Assembly: GCA_963693365.1 (NCBI GenBank) | Contig: CAVNZM010000017.1 | Coordinates: 1,999,276 to 2,063,275, forward strand | Direction: 5' to 3' | DNA: 64,000 bases | From: Amoebidium appalachense | Lineage: Eukaryota > Protista > Ichthyosporea | In this document: positions 53,388 to 64,000 of the stretch, piece after piece | Layout: every line of letters begins with the position of its first letter | How positions within the stretch are numbered: the first letter of the stretch is position 1 | Made by a program: the position numbers and the translations under genes | Notes under the pieces: generated by a model | Seen by the model: the letters and a program-made list of their open reading frames with translations, nothing else | What the model was told of the DNA's origin: nothing | Database searches by the model: none

Positions 53388-54791
53388 ATGTGTGTTGGGG
53401 GTGGGGCGGGGGAGGGGGAGGAGGGGGTAGGCGGTGAGGGGTCAAAGTGTAGGGAAGGGAGTGCACTTCGGAATAGCGGGGAAGGAGGGGAGGGGGGGAG
53501 GGGGGAGGGGGAGGCTGAAGGGGTTATCGGTTTTTGCACCCAAGCACTCGTGCTGTGTGTCTATTCTTCTATCCATGGGTGGGAAGAAGGGATGGGTGAG
53601 GTATTCTTAGAAACATGATAGCCACATAGACAGACAAAAGCAGGGCAGACAGATGACCATGGGCAAGAGGGGGGTGGGGTTGGGTGGGGGTGGGGGGGGA
53701 AGAGACGAACTGGGAGTTGTGCGTGTGTTTGAACACAAAACACGAGCCAGGGTAGAGGATGAGGTGAGTGGGTGTGTGGGTGGGTGGGTGGGTGTGTGGT
53801 GGTGTGTGTGTGTGTGGGGGGGGGGGTTGAATGCGGAACACGGTACGAAGTACACATACACGATGAGAAGCATGGTGCAGGACACATGCAAAGGCAAACA
53901 GCCAAGTATGGGAACATCAGCAATGCGCACAGTATGCGTCATAAGCAGAGCCCATCCTCAGGGGAGAGGGGGGGGGGGGGAGTGAGAGAGATTGAGATAG
54001 GCACACCTTATTCAACTCATCGGGGCACACGTCGGGGCAGAAAGTGAAACCAAAGTAGACCAGCATCCACTTGCCCTGGAAGTCGGTGTCTGATACCTTC
54101 CTGCCTGTAATGGGCCATTAACGGTCAAATGCGGTCATATAAGAGAAATAGAACACTTTGCGTATGAAATTGAAATTTTTTTGTACGAATACAAATACAA
54201 ATCGTTTTTAGAAAGAAGTTAACTCGCCCACATATACACATCGTCTCCAAGTACGAGTATAACTCTATGGGTACAAATACAAATCTGAAAGTACGTACAT
54301 AACTCTTTGCGTACAAACACAAATCTTTGCATAGAAAACACACACAAAGAATTGCTCGAACATACTCAAGAGCTCCATACTCAAGAGCTCTCACATGACC
54401 CCCAATATTCTCACGTCAACCCGTCTGCATAATCCCCCACGAACCCTCTTCCCCTATCCCCCCCCCTCCCCCCCCCCCCCCCCCATTTTCTCCCACTTCA
54501 TTCTTCAGTGCTCGCTTCCTCACTTTCCTCGGCCTTCCTCCCGTGTCTAAAATCCACCACCAACCCCCCCCCCCCCCCCCCCCCCCCCGGGTCTCCTTGT
54601 TTCCGCGAGCAACATCCTTACACACACACACACACACACTTAAACATTTCCTCGTTCCATTCAAACCATCCCCCCCCCCCCCCCCTCTTTTCTTGTCGAC
54701 TCTATCTTGCTCCCTTGATCCTGCACAAAGCACACAGTTTCGTGCGTGTGTGTGCACGTAGGTGTGTGAGCGTGTGAGTATGTGAGTGCGA

Positions 54792-54850
<59 letters not shown>

Positions 54851-55077
54851 CATGTGTGTGTGTGTCATGCCCACCCACCATTATGGTCGGTGAGGGTAAA
54901 TGGCCCACCAATCCTCGGAACACCGATCGGCTTGGCCTGATGTGTAGCAGCTGCGGTGTGGTGCTATTATTAGCGCACACACAATAAAAAAAGCGCCCTT
55001 GCTATCACAAAGAATATTGCCGACACACCACTAGGAAGACACTCATCTTAGAAACCAAGCCCGTTTTTTTTTTTTTT

Positions 55078-55119
<42 letters not shown>

Positions 55120-55243
55120 AGGGGAGGGTTGCATGACCAACAATCCCTTCATTCCGCCATGTTATAAAACTCCGCTTTTTGCTTTGCTTCTCGAGTTGAG
55201 ATGTGGTGGTGGTGGTAATTGGTGGGTGTGTGGTGGTGGGGGA

Positions 55244-55305
<62 letters not shown>

Positions 55306-55508
55306 CGTGCGTGCGTGTGTGTGTGTGTATGGGGAGGGGGGGGGTGGGGTGGGACGGATGTAATGCATGATAGAGGTTACAAAATAAATTACGAGTTTTA
55401 GAGTCAGCATAAAAAAAAAGGAATTGACACCAGCTAGAGAGCCTCTAGAGGTCCCGGGGGGGGGGGGGGGGGGGGGGGAGGCGGGAAGGCGTGTTTGTGT
55501 TAGTGTGT

Positions 55509-55557
<49 letters not shown>

Positions 55558-55874
55558 TGGAAGGTGGCAGACCGGTGTGTGTGTGTGCGCGTGTACAAGT
55601 GCATCTTATTTACGTATGTGCTTTTTGTGCTTGCGTATGCTTGCGTGTGCTTGTTTGTATGGGCATGTGCGCATGTACATATGCACATGTACGTGTGTGT
55701 GCTTGTGTGTATGTGTGTGCTTGTGTGTGCAAAAACATACTCTCTTTGACCCTCTTCTTCTCCTCTCTGAAGTAGTAGGTCAGACCGGCACCCACAGCAA
55801 GAAACACTGCAAGGGACTTCCACGAAACAGGCTGTTATGTTGTGTGTGTGTGTGTGTGTGTTTCGTGTGTTCTT

Positions 55875-55910
<36 letters not shown>

Positions 55911-56753
55911 GAAGGGAGGAGGTGGGGGTGGGGGGGAAGAAGAACGAGGAGGATATGTGTAGAATGTGTGTAAGAGAAGAGTTTGGGTGGGTGGGTGGAC
56001 GGGGGGAAGGGGGGGGGGGGGGGGGGGGAGGGGGGGGGAGTTAGAAAAGAAGGGCTCCCTCTGTGATCTTTCTCACAGAGGGCGGGAAGTGGGGAAGTGG
56101 AAGTCGGCCAGATGAAGCCCAATATGTAACTTTTTTGGGCCCCTCCCTCCTTCCCACCCATTCACCCACACGACCCCTCCCACTCGGGATTTCACCCACA
56201 CACCATTGCGTCGGGTGGCAGAAAATGTAGGTTTTTTCTTACCCCAAGCAAAAACCAGAGCTGCCGTCTGACTCTCTCTCTGAAATCCCCCCCCCCCCCC
56301 CCCCCCCCCCCCTTCCCCCGGATTTAAACACATACACACGAAAACACAATCCCTCTCCCCACTCCATTTTCCAACCCCCGTCCCCCCTCTCCCCTCCCCC
56401 CACCACCACCAAACACACACACACACACCACCACCACAACCACCACCCCCTTCAACCATCACACACAGCTTCCCCGTGCATTCACAGTTTCTTAACTACA
56501 CACACCTAAACCACCCATCAATTCAAATGGCGGAAAAACAACACTTGTCAAATTAATCAAATACACTTACCCCACCCTTCAATTTCTCGGGCCCAACCGG
56601 TTCCACAGGTTCCGGCCCAGAGGACGTAGGAGGCCTTTCATTGGCCGGCTTGACTACACGCTTGCGCACTGGAAGTTGCGACTTTGGCGCTTGTGTTCTT
56701 TGGGGGAACGAGAATGTGGCAAACTTTTGTCGCTGGCCCATAAGCGCTAATGG
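51560..56753 (-). CDS. SCO1: Cytochrome c oxidase copper chaperone SCO1/SenC (5' exons uncertain, probably extending to ~57600-58420)
   Basis: Exons 56753-56571, 55831-55741, 54950-54879, 54104-54007, 53127-53010, 52319-52197, 51714-51560. Motifs: [13 protein letters not shown] segment, [29 protein letters not shown] (CxxxC), [37 protein letters not shown]. Confidence 0.93.
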
Positions 56754-56847
56754 CTGTGGTGCAAGTAGGAAAAGAAAAAGAATGGGGAAAATGAGTGAAA
56801 GAAGCCTAGAAAATCGAGAAACGAGACTCTGCATGTTTCCCTCGTAC

Positions 56848-56890
<43 letters not shown>

Positions 56891-57413
56891 GCCCCTCCGC
56901 ACCTTCCTCCTCACCCACCTGTGCGCGCACAAAAAAAAACTCAAACACCAAACCACATAACCACACACCCACCCACACACGAAGTGCACACACACATGGA
57001 AGTACACATTTGTACACACATATACCCTTCCAACTTCCAACTGCTCACTCACTCAAACCCGGAAAAGCCCCCCCCCTCCCTCCCCCCAAAAATACACCCC
57101 CCTCCCCCCTCCCCCCACGTCCACACACAGGATTACACACGCACACAGTGTCTTCAGTGCGAAAAACGGAGAAAAAGTCGAAATGCGCTTGGCTCCTTCC
57201 CCTTGGTGTGTGTGCAAAAAAAGAGGGGGGGGAGTGGGGGGGCCGTATGTGTCTGTGTGTGGCAGCTGTGCAAGTGTGCGTCCGCGTACTCGAGCGTGCG
57301 TGTCGGTGTTTGGCATTTGTGTGTGTGTTTGTGTTTGTGTATGTGTGCGTGTGTGTGTGTATCCGTGTATGCATGTGTGCACACACACGCGCAGGCTCGT
57401 GTGTGTGGTGTGT

Positions 57414-57449
<36 letters not shown>

Positions 57450-58583
57450 TGTGTGTGTGGGTGTGTGGGTGTGTGTCTGCAACCGAAAGCACTATATGCA
57501 GCTAGCAACTTGAGTTACATACCTTGTTTGAATTTAGAGTACAAGCAGCCCTTGCCGTTACTCTTCCCAAAACAAGGCAGCGCGTCAACCCAAGACCTAC
57601 CCAAGCAGCATGTTCGTTAACCAGAAAGAAAAACCCTCTATACCCCTGAAATGAGCTTCCCCTTAGACAACAATAGGGAGACTAAAGTGTCACAATCGCA
57701 CGTGTGTTATGTCAGGTCAGTAATGGATGGTGCATGGGTAACTGCTGCAACCATCATAGCGGACAGATAAATGTCAGGCAAAAATGGATAAAACGGTGTA
57801 TGTCGAGAATGAGGGAAATGCACTGTACAAAGTTGACAGGAAGGAAAGGAGAAGGTGTGTGTATGGGGGGGAGGGGGGGAGGAACAAGGGGGACAGGGGG
57901 GAGGGAGGAAGAGTGCGAGGGGGGGGGGGGGTAGGGGGGCATACCCACGCGCACGTGAGTGGTGTGTGTTTGTGTGTGTATGTGTGAGTGTGTGTGTTTG
58001 TGTGTGTGGGCGTGTGTGTGTGTGTGTGTGTATGTGTGTGCGTGCGAACTTGCGGGAGGAGCGAACGGGATTCATCATATGGAAGTAAGCAACAGAAATG
58101 AGCGACAGGTGCATTGTATTTGAAACTACACTCACGAACGTATGGAAAGGGGACACAAGGATGTTCCCAACGGTGCGCGTGCATGTGCAACGTCTATCAC
58201 CGATGGAGCAGGATGCTTACTGGCCATTCTGTTGTTTCCAGCAAGGTTCTCTCTGTTTTCTCGTCTGCCTCTCCTTTCTGCCTATTCGTACATAGATAGT
58301 CTCTGCCCCCCCTTCTCTTTCCTGTTTCGCTCCTTCTTTTGGCCCCGCAAACTTTGTAGAAAGGCTCAGCTCAGGCGGATTTCGGTAGAAGCCATGCACC
58401 GTCTTGCACTGCTCATTTCCATATTTACAAATTACGCGTATAATCGGCTCGCCCTTTCCCTTATATTTACTGACAAACCCCTTCTATGATATTGAATAAC
58501 AATATGAACCCCAATTCATTTTCTAAATTTCTCTTGGACCGAGTTGGCAAAGGAATGCTTTACCCTCCTCTTGGAGCCAGAAA

Positions 58584-58594
58584 TTGGCGGGAAA
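58584..58594 (+). promoter_or_regulatory. E2F-like site (TTGGCGGGAAA) in the divergent promoter region
   Basis: Match to the E2F consensus between SCO1 and the 59115 gene; a single site only. Confidence 0.3.
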
Positions 58595-59114
58595 TTTCGT
58601 GATAATCGTAAACACGACACAAAACCAGTCACTCACAACACCCACACACACAGTCAGATCTGATGTTTAGTTGAAAGTTGGTAGCTATTATGTACTTAAA
58701 CGTAGCAGCACTACCTCTGTAGCTAACTATTCTTGGTGTAGATTGCAAGCCTAATCCGTTGTCCGTGACAGGGGAAAAGCGTAGAGCCGAAGCACCGCAT
58801 GATTCTTTGCATGTTGTTTTGGGGAATGATGAGTTGTGAGATTGGTCACGTTGGTTTTTAGATCTCCTGTTTATTTACGAGAGAAAAATTTAGTATAGAA
58901 ACAACACCCGAAGTCCCTGAATGATTGATTGTACAAACGTTTGTACGCATTCACGGCACTGGTGCATCTTCATTCAATAGCTTGGAAACTATATGATCTC
59001 CTGCTTAGCCATCGTGTGTTAACAAGGAGACCATAAGGCTTCCCCTCTAGATGTTTTTGCTGAAATAGAGAGACGATAACTCCAGCGTCGGCATTTTCTG
59101 CCCTCAGTATCAAC

Positions 59115-59798
59115 ATGGAAAGTGCAACGACGTTATTACCAGACACGGCCCTGCCATCTGAAAGCAAGGAAAACAACCCATCTGTCGACACCTTCGACGT
59201 CCTACTTGGAGAAGATCTAGAATGCGTTCCAGACACAGACGTTTTCAACACGAGCCAAAACGAAGAAAGTACAAGGAGACATGCCTCGCCCAACTCGCCA
59301 AACGAGACGTCGGTGCCAAACAGAGCAGGTGTCTCTCCCGACGTCAACGATCGTGAAAAAAGAAAGGCGGAGGGGAAAACAGGGCTAGGCCGTGAACAGG
59401 GGAAGAAAGACGTAGAAGCAGGAGAAGGGGAAGAAGGCAAAGAGGAGGAAATGAACGTGGACGATGATTCAGTCAACACACACGGACAGGTGGGTGACGA
59501 AAGCAATCTTCTTACCTCCCCCCCCCCCTGCCCCCCCCCCCCCCCCCTCCCCATCCCCTCCCTTGCCGGGGCCTCCCCCCCCCCCCCCCCCCCCCCCCCC
59601 CAACACACCCCCCCCCCCCCCCCCCCTCTCATCCAGGTGCTTCCCCTCACCCCTGTTCCTTTCGTCCGTATAGGCTTCGTTACCAATTGGACGTGCCTTT
59701 ATTGTCGGAGACTATTCCACAAGGAATCCAGTAACTTTTCTTGCATACAAGAGTATGCTGGACTTTGCCGAACGCACTGCCAAGAGTCCCTCCCCCCC

Positions 59799-59838
<40 letters not shown>

Positions 59839-59999
59839 TGCCCCTCCCCCTCCTAGCCCTGGGCCCCTGCAAGTTTTCTTTGTGCCTATGTTCCTTTCTT
59901 CTGTTTTTCTTTTTTTTTTTTTCCAGACTCTTTTGTTTCGTTTTTTCTTTTTTTCTTTCTTCTTTCTTTCTTTCTTTCTTTCTTTCTTTTTTTTTTGTG

Positions 60000-60042
<43 letters not shown>

Positions 60043-60805
60043 CTAAACAGAGCATCGAACTTTATGCCGTTAGTGTTCTGCCATGCCTGTATGACCAGGG
60101 CTCAGTTTGTAAGGTATGCATAGTAGGCTCCTTGGGGGCATTTAACCACCTAAAGACAGCATGGTATAGACTCTTAACACAAGCAAAACTTCAAGGTAAA
60201 ATTATTGACTCTGCTGGTTCACTAACGACACATGATTCACAGAGCAACGGGGATGCAGAAAACTCTACACCCCAAGATGGCAGTGAGGAAGAGTCTATGC
60301 TGGAGTTGTTGAACCGGTCTACCAAGCTTTGCACCCGGGTATGTGTTGATTTTTTTTCTGCAAGGGCCTGGAACACTGCACTCTGTCTTTCTTCCCACCA
60401 TACATGACCTGCGTTTTCAAATTTTACTTGCTTTTGTGCTTCCCTTTATTTCTTCTTTGTTTCCTTGACAGTTCTCAACTTTGCGGGGACCCCCGGGGGA
60501 AGGGGGGAGGGGGGGAGGGGGGGGGGGGGGGGGGGGGGAGGGGGGGGAGGGGGGAGGGGGGTTGTGTGGCGTCTTTTCTTCTTCTTTTTTCCTTTGGGGT
60601 GGGTAACATTGGAGGAGGTAAGGATGGGAATCATATTATCCTGTCCGCGGAACAGTAGTGCAATTTAAAATTTATGCGCGGTCTGACCTCTTTATTTCTT
60701 TCCTTTTCACCTTCCTTCCTTTCTTTCTTTCTTCCTTGTTTTCTTCCTTTCTTTCTTTCCTTCTTCTCTTCTTTTCTATTTTTTTGTTCTTTCTTTCTTG
60801 AAAAT

Positions 60806-60839
<34 letters not shown>

Positions 60840-63130
60840 TTTCAATCTTTCGGTTTTTTTTCCTTTTCTTCCTCCCTCTCTTGCTTTTCGTTTCTTTTCT
60901 TTCCTTCCGTCTGTCTTTTTTTTCCTGAACACAGGCTGCACGGAGACAAGAGGTAGGCCAATCCGCAGAACCGAAAAAAGCAGCTGAAGAAAAGACGAAA
61001 ACCTCCAAGTCGAATTCCAAAACCAAACCAAAGGCACCAAAAGCGGAAGAACAAGAGGAAGAGCCAAAGCTAGACGAAAAAAGCGGAAAAGGCGAGAAAG
61101 AGAAGAAGGAACCTACGAAGAAACGTATCCGTGTGCGCGTGCGAGGGAAAAAGAGAGGGGGGGAAGAAGAAATAGCGGTGGGTGAGAGCAAAAAGCGGGT
61201 GCGGAGAAAGAAGGGAGAAGTGGGTGCAAAGGAAAACGGTCATGGGGAGGACGTTCCAGTTAGAGTGGAGGATGAGGAAGGGGCAGAGGAGGAAGGGGGT
61301 TCGTTTGATGATGTGTCGGGGATTCTTGACAGACTTCACGGTGATAATTTCGGAGAGTTCCTTGAACGCGATGGTAAGTTAACATACATCAGCCAAAAAA
61401 ACTTTCTTAAGTCACCTTGTATACGTAATCGGTGCATTTGTGTGTCAGGCTTTTGAGATTGGCACCCAGTTAACTTGAACACTGAATTATAGCAAATAAA
61501 AAAGGCATTGTGGTTAGATAGATAACCAGAGAAAATAGGTATTATTATGGAAATACTCTTTGATATATAAATAGGAAAGAAATCTAAACTGCACGTACTG
61601 TAGTGTCTTAATTAAACTTTTTCGGCTCGTCTGATATAATATAACCCTTTCCAGGGTTTGGTCAGCAAAACGGCGAGGGGCCATTTCCCATCGACCTGAG
61701 TGACATGGCTATGCTCTACGCAAAAGTCCAGAATCTGTAAACAGCTCCCCCCCCCCCCTCCCCCCCCCCCCCCCCCCCCTCAACCCTGCCTTTCCCCCTC
61801 CCCCCCCTCTTCCCCCCCCGCCCCCTTGCATTTGTAACCAGCCCCCTTCCCCCCCCCCCCCCCCCCCCCCCCCCCGCGCAATCTTAGTCCACCTCCCTAC
61901 AAAAAATCTGTAACTCCCCCCCCCCCCCCCCCCCCCCCCCCCACCCACCCCCCACCCGCACTCCTCCATCTTTATCCCCCTCTCCCCCCCCTCCCCCTCC
62001 ACAAACCTGTAACCTTACCCCTTCTGTTTATTCCTCTTCCCCCCCCCGCCCCCCCCACCCCCCCCCACCCCCCCCACCCCCCGCCCCCCCTCCCACAAAA
62101 AGAACCTTTGACTCTTATCCCCCTCCCCCCCTCCCCCCCCCCCCCCCCCACACAAAAAAAAAAAAGGGTTGAATCCCCACCTCCACCTTCCTGCCGTAGG
62201 CGCAAATTCCTTTATATCTGTGCCTGTTGATTGGATGGAGAGGAAATTTGTAGAATATCTAGCCACGTATTTATCTAGCCAACGAACACATATCTGCCTT
62301 TTATGGAATACACCGTGTATGTAGAAATGAGGGGGAAGGCAAAACGTAAGCAACTACTAGGTGGATTGTCTAAGGAGGCTTAGATAGTTGGATGGTGATC
62401 TTTTTTTTTGCACCGTCACGGAGCCTACGGCCTAAGGAACTTCGCTGCACGGCTGCTCGGTATACCTACCACTTAACTTGGTGTATCTAGTGTCTAGGTT
62501 TGTATATCTAATATCTAGCTTGATGTACTTAGATTTATATACATTCTTGTCGTTGGAGGCGTGTGGCGTGTGGATGGTGTCCGACATAAGAAAACCAATG
62601 TCCATCGTTTGCAGATTATTTAGCATATGCAGTGTATATTATGGCATATCTAACTAATTTGCGCACATACCTTTTACGGGCGCGCACATGTCTACCATGT
62701 ATATCTAGTGTCAAGCTTCGTTGATATACTCTCTCGCTTGTCATCTCTAGCTAGGTATTTGGCCGTGTGCACATCTATAGCATGTATACCTTTGTGTAAT
62801 TTGCGCACCTGCCTCATATAGGGGTGCACATATCTAGTATTAGCACGCATATCTTGTGCCTATTTTGACTTATTATGCTAGTTTGCGCACCTCTCATGTA
62901 TAGGCGTGGACATATCTAATGTTAGCACGTAAACCAGTGTCCAACCAGTGTCCAGCTTGGACAATTATGCTAATTTGCGCACACCTGCCTTATATTATAG
63001 GTGCCTAGCTTGACTTGTTATGCTAATTTACGCACCTGCCTTATTTAGGCGTGCACAGGGTTTGTGGATGGATGAGATGGATGGGGCCAGCCAGGAAGCC
63101 GACGATTTCCCAGAGCTTAAGAGGGGGAAG
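59115..63130 (+). CDS. Uncharacterised acidic/lysine-rich, probably nuclear protein; 3' end beyond the window
   Basis: Exon 59115-~59489 (MESATTLLPD..NTHGQ|GT), exon ending ~60338 (..LCTR|GTATGT), exon ~60935-61373 (basic KKRIRVRVRGKKR, acidic EDEEGAEEE, ending |GTAAGT), exon ~61655-61736, and further candidate exons near 62200 and 63060. No domain recognised. Confidence 0.6.
62650..63058. repeat. Degenerate tandem repeat (taatttgcgcacct..gcacatatcta), ~5 copies, ending in a branch point and acceptor
   Basis: Copies at ~62656, 62797, 62879, 62971 and 63023; the last reads ctaatttacgcacctg..gtgcacag followed by candidate exon sequence. Confidence 0.65.
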
Positions 63131-63680
63131 GAGTGGCAGTGGGAGGTGGTGGCTGCTGAGCTGCCGTTCTGCAATGGCGGGTGGGTGTTAAATTTTAACT
63201 TTTATTTTGGCTGCATGCCGCCAGTATTATTATTGTTGACTTATGATAAGAACTATTGAATTATACGGTCATTTTTGGTTGGTTTTATTAGAGTGACAGT
63301 GGGAGGTGGTGGCTTATGAGCCCCCGTTCTGCAATGATGGGTAGGTGTTAACCTTAATGCTCTTTACCGCTAAAAATAAGAACTCTTACTTTCTAAGGTA
63401 GTTTTGGTTAGTGGCAGTGGGAGGTGGTGGTGGCTGCTGAGATGATGCAACGACGGGCGGGTGTTAAATTTTAAATTTTAAGATGATGCTATATTGTTCA
63501 ACCCAGGAATACTTACTTACCTATTAGGGCCATTTTTGGCTTGTATTATGTAAAAGTGGCAGTGGGAGGTGGTGGCTGCTGAGCTGTCATTCTGCATTGA
63601 CGGGTAGGTGTTAGATCTTAAATTTTCCGATTTGGTTACTACATTACTATATTCTATCACTTTATAAGGTCATTTCGTGG
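63131..63680. repeat. ~120-160-bp tandem repeat x4 (agtggcagtgggaggtggtggctgctgag..ggtgttaaatttta)
   Basis: Copies at ~63132, 63292, 63410 and 63555, starting at the end of the candidate exon. Confidence 0.85.
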
Positions 63681-64000
63681 CGTTTTTCTAGTTCACTTCT
63701 TAGGGCAAAGTTATGTGTGTGGACACCTTATGCACACAAAAAAAGGAGGGAGAAACGGAAGGGAGGGGACGGAGGGATCTGGGGATGGGAGATCATCATC
63801 TGGGTGGTGTGGCGTTAGTAGTAATGGTGTGTGGGGTGGTTTTTTTTTGATTTTCTTCTTCTTATTATTATTTTTTTGGAGGAGAAAGAGGGGGGGGGGG
63901 GGGGGGGGGAGGCTTAATTTACACAATGTACCAAAGCGGTGCGAGCATTGCGTTGTTTTCTTGCCATAACCAAATATGGACATTTTTGAGCTGCAGCCAT

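Overview
Intron-rich eukaryotic genomic DNA, most likely from an opisthokont microbe. That assignment is inferred from a Vam7-like SNARE, a mitochondrion-targeted PFL and SCO1; an ichthyosporean or early-branching fungal relative is plausible but not provable here. Introns and intergenic DNA are full of poly(G)/poly(C), (CA)n/(TG)n and (GA)n runs, so almost all ORFs in the supplied track are simple-repeat artefacts. Manual splicing recovers eight gene models: a PX+Qc-SNARE without TM anchor (Vam7-like, -), a CaMK-type kinase with a CaM-binding segment and a visinin/NCS-like EF-hand tail (plant CCaMK/DMI3-like architecture, -), a METTL21-family methyltransferase (-), a signal-anchored thioredoxin + YccV/HspQ-like fusion (+), a possible orphan spliced gene (-), pyruvate formate-lyase with a mitochondrial presequence (+), SCO1 (-) and a charged low-complexity protein running off the right end (+). 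Non-coding features include two dispersed intronic repeat families sharing a hammerhead-like CUGANGA/GAAA motif, two MITE-like elements, and many tandem repeats that appear seeded on splice junctions. All exon coordinates were read by eye; no searches were run.
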